This document shows positions 60,074 through 64,000 of a stretch of DNA of 64,000 nucleotides, one piece after another. Numbering within the stretch: position 1 is the stretch's first letter; every line of letters starts with the position of its first letter. The notes beneath the pieces are model-generated. The model had not been told where the DNA came from. It ran no database searches and was given only the letters and a program-made list of their open reading frames with translations. Position numbers and translations under genes: made by a program. The stretch is from Acidobacteriota bacterium. Lineage in GTDB: Bacteria; Acidobacteriota; Holophagae; Thermotomaculales; Thermotomaculaceae. The DNA is taken from NCBI GenBank assembly GCA_036736005.1, contig DAINNF010000002.1, positions 193 to 64,192 on the forward strand, in the 5' to 3' direction.

Positions 60074-60102
60074 AAACCCCCGGGAATTCCCGGGGGTTTT
60101 TT
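60074..60102. terminator. Bidirectional intrinsic terminator
   Basis: A perfect 20-nt palindrome CCCCCGGGAATTCCCGGGGG (60077-60096) flanked by AAA and TTTTTT, between convergent genes. Confidence 0.8.
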
Positions 60103-60125
60103 GCGTGTGTTTGTTCAGCAGTCGT

Positions 60126-61751
60126 TCAGTTCACGACGGCTGTCCGGTTTGTCGGGCTGGTGAGGATACCGGTCAGTTGTCGAATCTGTTCCATGTCGGA
60201 TGGGCCGGCTGTTCCGCCGTTCAATTTAAAGTTGTACCGGACACGGAGTCGATTTCCGTCCATGGTCCACTTCACCTCGCTGGCCCCCCACTTGTTGGAG
60301 ACAGACCCGGCTGCGGGTATTGTCATGTTTGTTCCATCTTTCAGAACCAGTACCACGTCTACAACCAGTTCACAGTCGCCGGGTACCGTCAGGATGTTGC
60401 ACCAGAGACTGTTCCGGGCCAGTGTGCCGGTATCAAACAGGGCATCCGGGAGATTCGCCAGTTCAACTGTCTTTTCCGGATTGGCCATGCTGGCGGAGAC
60501 GCTTGCCATTACATGGTGACCGTCCTTGAGGTCGATTGCAGGGTCCGAGAACGTCATCCCCTGAATCGGAACAAGTGAACGGATTTCCGGACCGGTGCCG
60601 GCGGCCTGCACATTGATGGAAACGTCTCCGTTGAATCCTTCTTCTTTCTGTTTCAGTTCACCACCGATCACGACACGATAGACATCCGGGGATGCCGGAC
60701 GTGTCCCGATGAGCGGCATACAGGACATGTTGCCGGGCTGGAAACTGTCCGGATATACCGGGGATCCACACACCACGGCATAGTGCGGACTGTCCATCAG
60801 CGGATGTCCGTCCAGCGTATAGTCCGTCAAAATGACGGTGTGCTTGATTCCATACCGGGTAAATAGGACGGAGGCCACTGCGACCTTTTCGAAATCAGTG
60901 GCATACCCGGACTGGAGAATCCGGTCTACGGGTCGAAGCGCATAACCGACCAGGCTCCCGTCCAGGTGCACGGTGTCCAGCCGGGTGGACAAAAGGTCCC
61001 GAACCGCTTCGCGAACGATCGGGGCAACAGAGTCCGGATTCAGGGAGAGGGTCTTCAGAGTGTGGGAGAGGTCCTGATCCTTCCACGCTGCGGTGATGAT
61101 GTCCTGCAGCGACTGAATCGGGTCTTTCAGTTGGATTGCAATGAAAGCCCGGTGTGTCGGTTTGTCAAATATGCCACCCGAAAGAACAGGCTTCTGTTCC
61201 TGGACGGAATACGTGTTTCCGGATTCAACAATATTGCCGTTCAGAATGACGGGGCATCCCATGTCGTTTTCAATCGTGACGGACTTTTCTAGAATGGGAT
61301 ACCGGTCCGCCATCCATTCGATCAGGACCAGCCGGTGCGGTTTCAGGTCCGTGGTTTTGTACTCAAAATGAACCCTGCATCCCGGTTCCAGTCCGGTGTG
61401 CGAAACCATCATTTCCCGTATGCCGGAAAAATCCGGTGCATGCTGGACCGCGTAAGGGGTCTGTACCAGTTTTGCGTTCTCCGGCATTGGCACTTCTGTC
61501 CCGTCCTTCTGGATGGTGACGGATTTCAGGATATCCACTTTTTCCAGTTCCGGATTGAAGCTGTAAAACCACTCTCCCAGTGACCGGAGCGAACGGAAAC
61601 TGTTCAATTGGACAACCCGGTCTACGTGGCGGGTAACGCGTCCGTCCGCGTCCACATGAATGGTTACGTTTTCGGAGAGGATCACGACAGGGTCGGACGC
61701 TGCAGCGAAAGTACCGCATACCAACAGGATGAGTATCAGTAGTTTTCTCAT
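60126..61751 (-). CDS. Secreted DUF3857-like / transglutaminase-like paralog lacking the catalytic Cys
   Basis: Signal peptide. The N-terminal region resembles its upstream neighbour. SGYATDFEKVAVASVL sits where the neighbour has QGVCKDKASMLITFL. Confidence 0.55.
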   Translation of the reverse strand: MRKLLILILLVCGTFAAASDPVVILSENVTIHVDADGRVTRHVDRVVQLNSFRSLRSLGEWFYSFNPELEKVDILKSVTIQKDGTEVPMPENAKLVQTPYAVQHAPDFSGIREMMVSHTGLEPGCRVHFEYKTTDLKPHRLVLIEWMADRYPILEKSVTIENDMGCPVILNGNIVESGNTYSVQEQKPVLSGGIFDKPTHRAFIAIQLKDPIQSLQDIITAAWKDQDLSHTLKTLSLNPDSVAPIVREAVRDLLSTRLDTVHLDGSLVGYALRPVDRILQSGYATDFEKVAVASVLFTRYGIKHTVILTDYTLDGHPLMDSPHYAVVCGSPVYPDSFQPGNMSCMPLIGTRPASPDVYRVVIGGELKQKEEGFNGDVSINVQAAGTGPEIRSLVPIQGMTFSDPAIDLKDGHHVMASVSASMANPEKTVELANLPDALFDTGTLARNSLWCNILTVPGDCELVVDVVLVLKDGTNMTIPAAGSVSNKWGASEVKWTMDGNRLRVRYNFKLNGGTAGPSDMEQIRQLTGILTSPTNRTAVVN

Positions 61752-61752
61752 G

Positions 61753-63726
61753 TTATTCCTCCTCGTATCCGATCCGGAACCAGCTGTCTGCGCTTGTCTG
61801 GTAGTCGGATATGACGGTCGCCACGTTGTTCCAGGCTTCTGCCGGATACACCCGTTTCTTCAACGTCATGGTCATCATGGTATGGATTGCCCGTTCCTCA
61901 GGCTGAACCGATAACCTTAAATCAGCATATTCTCCGGTTACCGGTTCCACAACCGGCAGAGTTGAGAGGGCCGTGTTTACGGATTCCGGCAGACGAATCG
62001 TTTCATCTATGGTGATCAGTTTTGTACAACGGGTACGGAAACCGTAGTTTCGTTCACCCGCTTTCCAGCGTCCCCCCAGTTCATAGTTCACAGGATCTTC
62101 GCGGGGCAGCATCAGCGAGAGAGAGCGGAATACGGCTCCGTCCGGTGTCACGGTGGCGAAAGCGGGGATCTCCACATCCATGGTGATCTTCATCGGTTTC
62201 GAAATGTCCCACGGATCCTGATATTTCAGGTTTTTGACGATGGCACCGGGATACGTGCCGGTAATCAGGGAGATGAAATAGGCATCGGCCTGGGATTTGT
62301 AGTCCCCCTGTGTGTACCGGCGGATCCGGGCGTCTGTCTGTCCTTCCGCGGATATCTGGATGTTTCCGCTCAAGGTGCCCAGCTTATCCAGTTTGAACTG
62401 GGAACGAATCCGGTAATAGTGTTTTTCCGGTGGGGAATATGGAGTGGTCTTCAACGGTTGCCCTTCTTTGTAACCGATCAGATACTGCTGTTCCTGCTCG
62501 GCGGAAGACCATTGTTCACGGACCCATGGAACCCAGGTGGGGTCCAGCATCCGGAAGGTACCGTCATCCTGCCTCAGCGCAACCACGCAATGGTTGAAAT
62601 GGTCTGCGGGGAAATCTTCAATCCGGGCACCCGCCATGGTCATTGCAGGGTAGGCGTCAAAACCGGCTGCCCGCAGGAATGTGATCAACATGCTGGCTTT
62701 GTCCTTACATACACCCTGCCGATCGGTGTAGTTCATATCAGCAGGATGGAGGGTATACCCTTCTCCTTCGCCCATTGTCAAACCGGAATAACGAATGTAG
62801 TGGGCGACCCAGTGATTAAGGACATCGATTTTTTCATCGTCTGTCTTGCAGTTGGCAACCAGTTCGTCCACTTTCGCTTTGATTTCCGGCGTGTAATTGA
62901 ATGCAAAATCTTCGTTGACGCCGTAAAACCACTCGGACTTGTCTTTCCAGGACACCGTGGTGGAGATCAGCAGTTTTGCGCAAACGTCTGAGATATCCAC
63001 CATGTGGGGTTCCCGCTTGACCGGTTCGATATCGGACTTGGTGAAGGTATATCGCATGCCATAATCGGTGAACTCGGACATCGGGGTGACTTCTCCGTGG
63101 AAGAAGCGGTACTGAATCGGTTTCCCCTGGGGAAGTTCCACGCTGTACTGTTTGTATAGAATCGGTTGAAATCCCTGGAAATGCACGATGTCGTAGAATT
63201 GTCCCTTCATGGGCGGCTGGAAACGACTTTCGTCCGAAGCTTCCCCTGCCGGTTCGTCCAGCAGTGCATAGGAGAATCCCTTCCGCCTGACCGTGTACGT
63301 CACCACATCTCCCGGATTCAGCAATCCGAAGGGAATGGATATGCGTATGTTGGGCCAGTAGATAGCCCGTGCCGGTTGCGGGTATGTGCGGACCGTATCC
63401 AGCGGAATTTCGGTCTTGTCACCGTTTGCGTGGATCACCGAAGCCCGGGTCACCTCCTGTATCTGAGTCAGGGGATCGTAGAAGAACGAGACTGTGTGAT
63501 GATCCCGGCATCCCGAATGATTCAACATTTTGATAGCCCTTGTTTCCAGCACTTCGGTCATGCCGGAAGGGGCGACTTTGACGTCGGTCTCTTCCATCAG
63601 GACAACGGCATCATAGGTACCGCGGTACTGATCGGCCCGGACGGATAACGTCGCAATGTCGGGCCCCGCGAAGGCTGCGGCAGTCCAGATCAGGCCCGCC
63701 AGAAGCAGTGTGAATGCACGTTTCAT
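61753..63726 (-). CDS. Secreted DUF3857-domain transglutaminase-like cysteine protease/cross-linking enzyme
   Basis: MKRAFTLLLAGLIWTAAAFA signal (ATG at 63726, GGAGGA RBS). Cys-His-Asp core: QGVCKDKA...NHCVVAL...MLDPTW. Confidence 0.7.
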   Translation of the reverse strand: MKRAFTLLLAGLIWTAAAFAGPDIATLSVRADQYRGTYDAVVLMEETDVKVAPSGMTEVLETRAIKMLNHSGCRDHHTVSFFYDPLTQIQEVTRASVIHANGDKTEIPLDTVRTYPQPARAIYWPNIRISIPFGLLNPGDVVTYTVRRKGFSYALLDEPAGEASDESRFQPPMKGQFYDIVHFQGFQPILYKQYSVELPQGKPIQYRFFHGEVTPMSEFTDYGMRYTFTKSDIEPVKREPHMVDISDVCAKLLISTTVSWKDKSEWFYGVNEDFAFNYTPEIKAKVDELVANCKTDDEKIDVLNHWVAHYIRYSGLTMGEGEGYTLHPADMNYTDRQGVCKDKASMLITFLRAAGFDAYPAMTMAGARIEDFPADHFNHCVVALRQDDGTFRMLDPTWVPWVREQWSSAEQEQQYLIGYKEGQPLKTTPYSPPEKHYYRIRSQFKLDKLGTLSGNIQISAEGQTDARIRRYTQGDYKSQADAYFISLITGTYPGAIVKNLKYQDPWDISKPMKITMDVEIPAFATVTPDGAVFRSLSLMLPREDPVNYELGGRWKAGERNYGFRTRCTKLITIDETIRLPESVNTALSTLPVVEPVTGEYADLRLSVQPEERAIHTMMTMTLKKRVYPAEAWNNVATVISDYQTSADSWFRIGYEEE

Positions 63727-63823
63727 GGTTCCTCCAAAACTGAAATCAGTGAGATAAGATCTATCAACCATCCTACAGCTATACGGATGGATGCGGTTAC
63801 TGTTTGGACCCTTCTCCGGTGGG

Positions 63824-64000
63824 TCAGCCCTGCAGGGCCTGTTCCCATTCCGTTTCCCGGAAGCCGACCAGGACCTTGTCGTTTGTGACCAGAACGGGTC
63901 GCTTTACCAGCATGCCGTCGGACGCCAGGATATCCAGGAGCTCGGCGTGCGTAGCGGACGGAATCCGTTCTTTCAGGTCCAGTTCGCGGTATTTTCTGCC
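63824..64000 (-). CDS. ArsC/Spx-family protein (C-terminal 58 codons; 5' end outside the window)
   Basis: The minus-strand frame reads ...ELLDILASDGMLVKRPVLVTNDKVLVGFRETEWEQALQG-stop (stop at 63826-63824). Too short to appear in the ORF track. Confidence 0.55.
   Translation of the reverse strand, partial: GRKYRELDLKERIPSATHAELLDILASDGMLVKRPVLVTNDKVLVGFRETEWEQALQG

Noticed and set aside
1-64000. A search for CRISPR arrays, rRNA genes, transposases, integrases, phage genes and toxin-antitoxin pairs.
   Set aside because: I saw no regularly spaced direct repeats, rRNA-like conserved blocks, or DDE, tyrosine- or serine-recombinase motifs in any frame. The window looks like core chromosome rather than a mobile island.

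Overview
This 64-kb chromosomal segment comes from a moderately GC-rich, diderm, probably anaerobic bacterium. Evidence for that: Lnt, AsmA, FadL-type and DUF481 outer-membrane proteins, a tetraheme cytochrome c3, radical-SAM enzymes and ackA/hbd. I call 47 protein-coding genes (two cut by the window edges) and one tRNA-Asn(GTT). I found no rRNA, CRISPR array, transposase or integrase. Housekeeping genes (pyk, lnt, hflX, polA, ackA, psd, lipA) are interleaved with much signalling. An 18-kb block (21.5-39.7 kb) holds seven two-component genes and contains a three-gene cassette present twice in tandem. There are also a TPR-GGDEF cyclase, an HD-GYP phosphodiesterase, an OmpR-type pair and a REC protein with a Cys4 tail. 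Items worth a second look: (1) an AmmeMemoRadiSam locus (17.9-21.5 kb) whose three proteins all carry Sec or twin-arginine export signals, in one apparent operon with a DASS transporter and a membrane spermidine-synthase-like protein; (2) three promoter-plus-terminator units with no ORF (candidate small RNAs), one with a perfect sigma-54 -24/-12 element, two of them flanking an orphan ThiS/ThiF-like pair; (3) a secreted transglutaminase-like protein next to a paralog whose catalytic Cys is replaced; (4) an AT-rich non-coding spacer beside tRNA-Asn. All functional calls rest on motifs read by eye from the translations. No database search was run.
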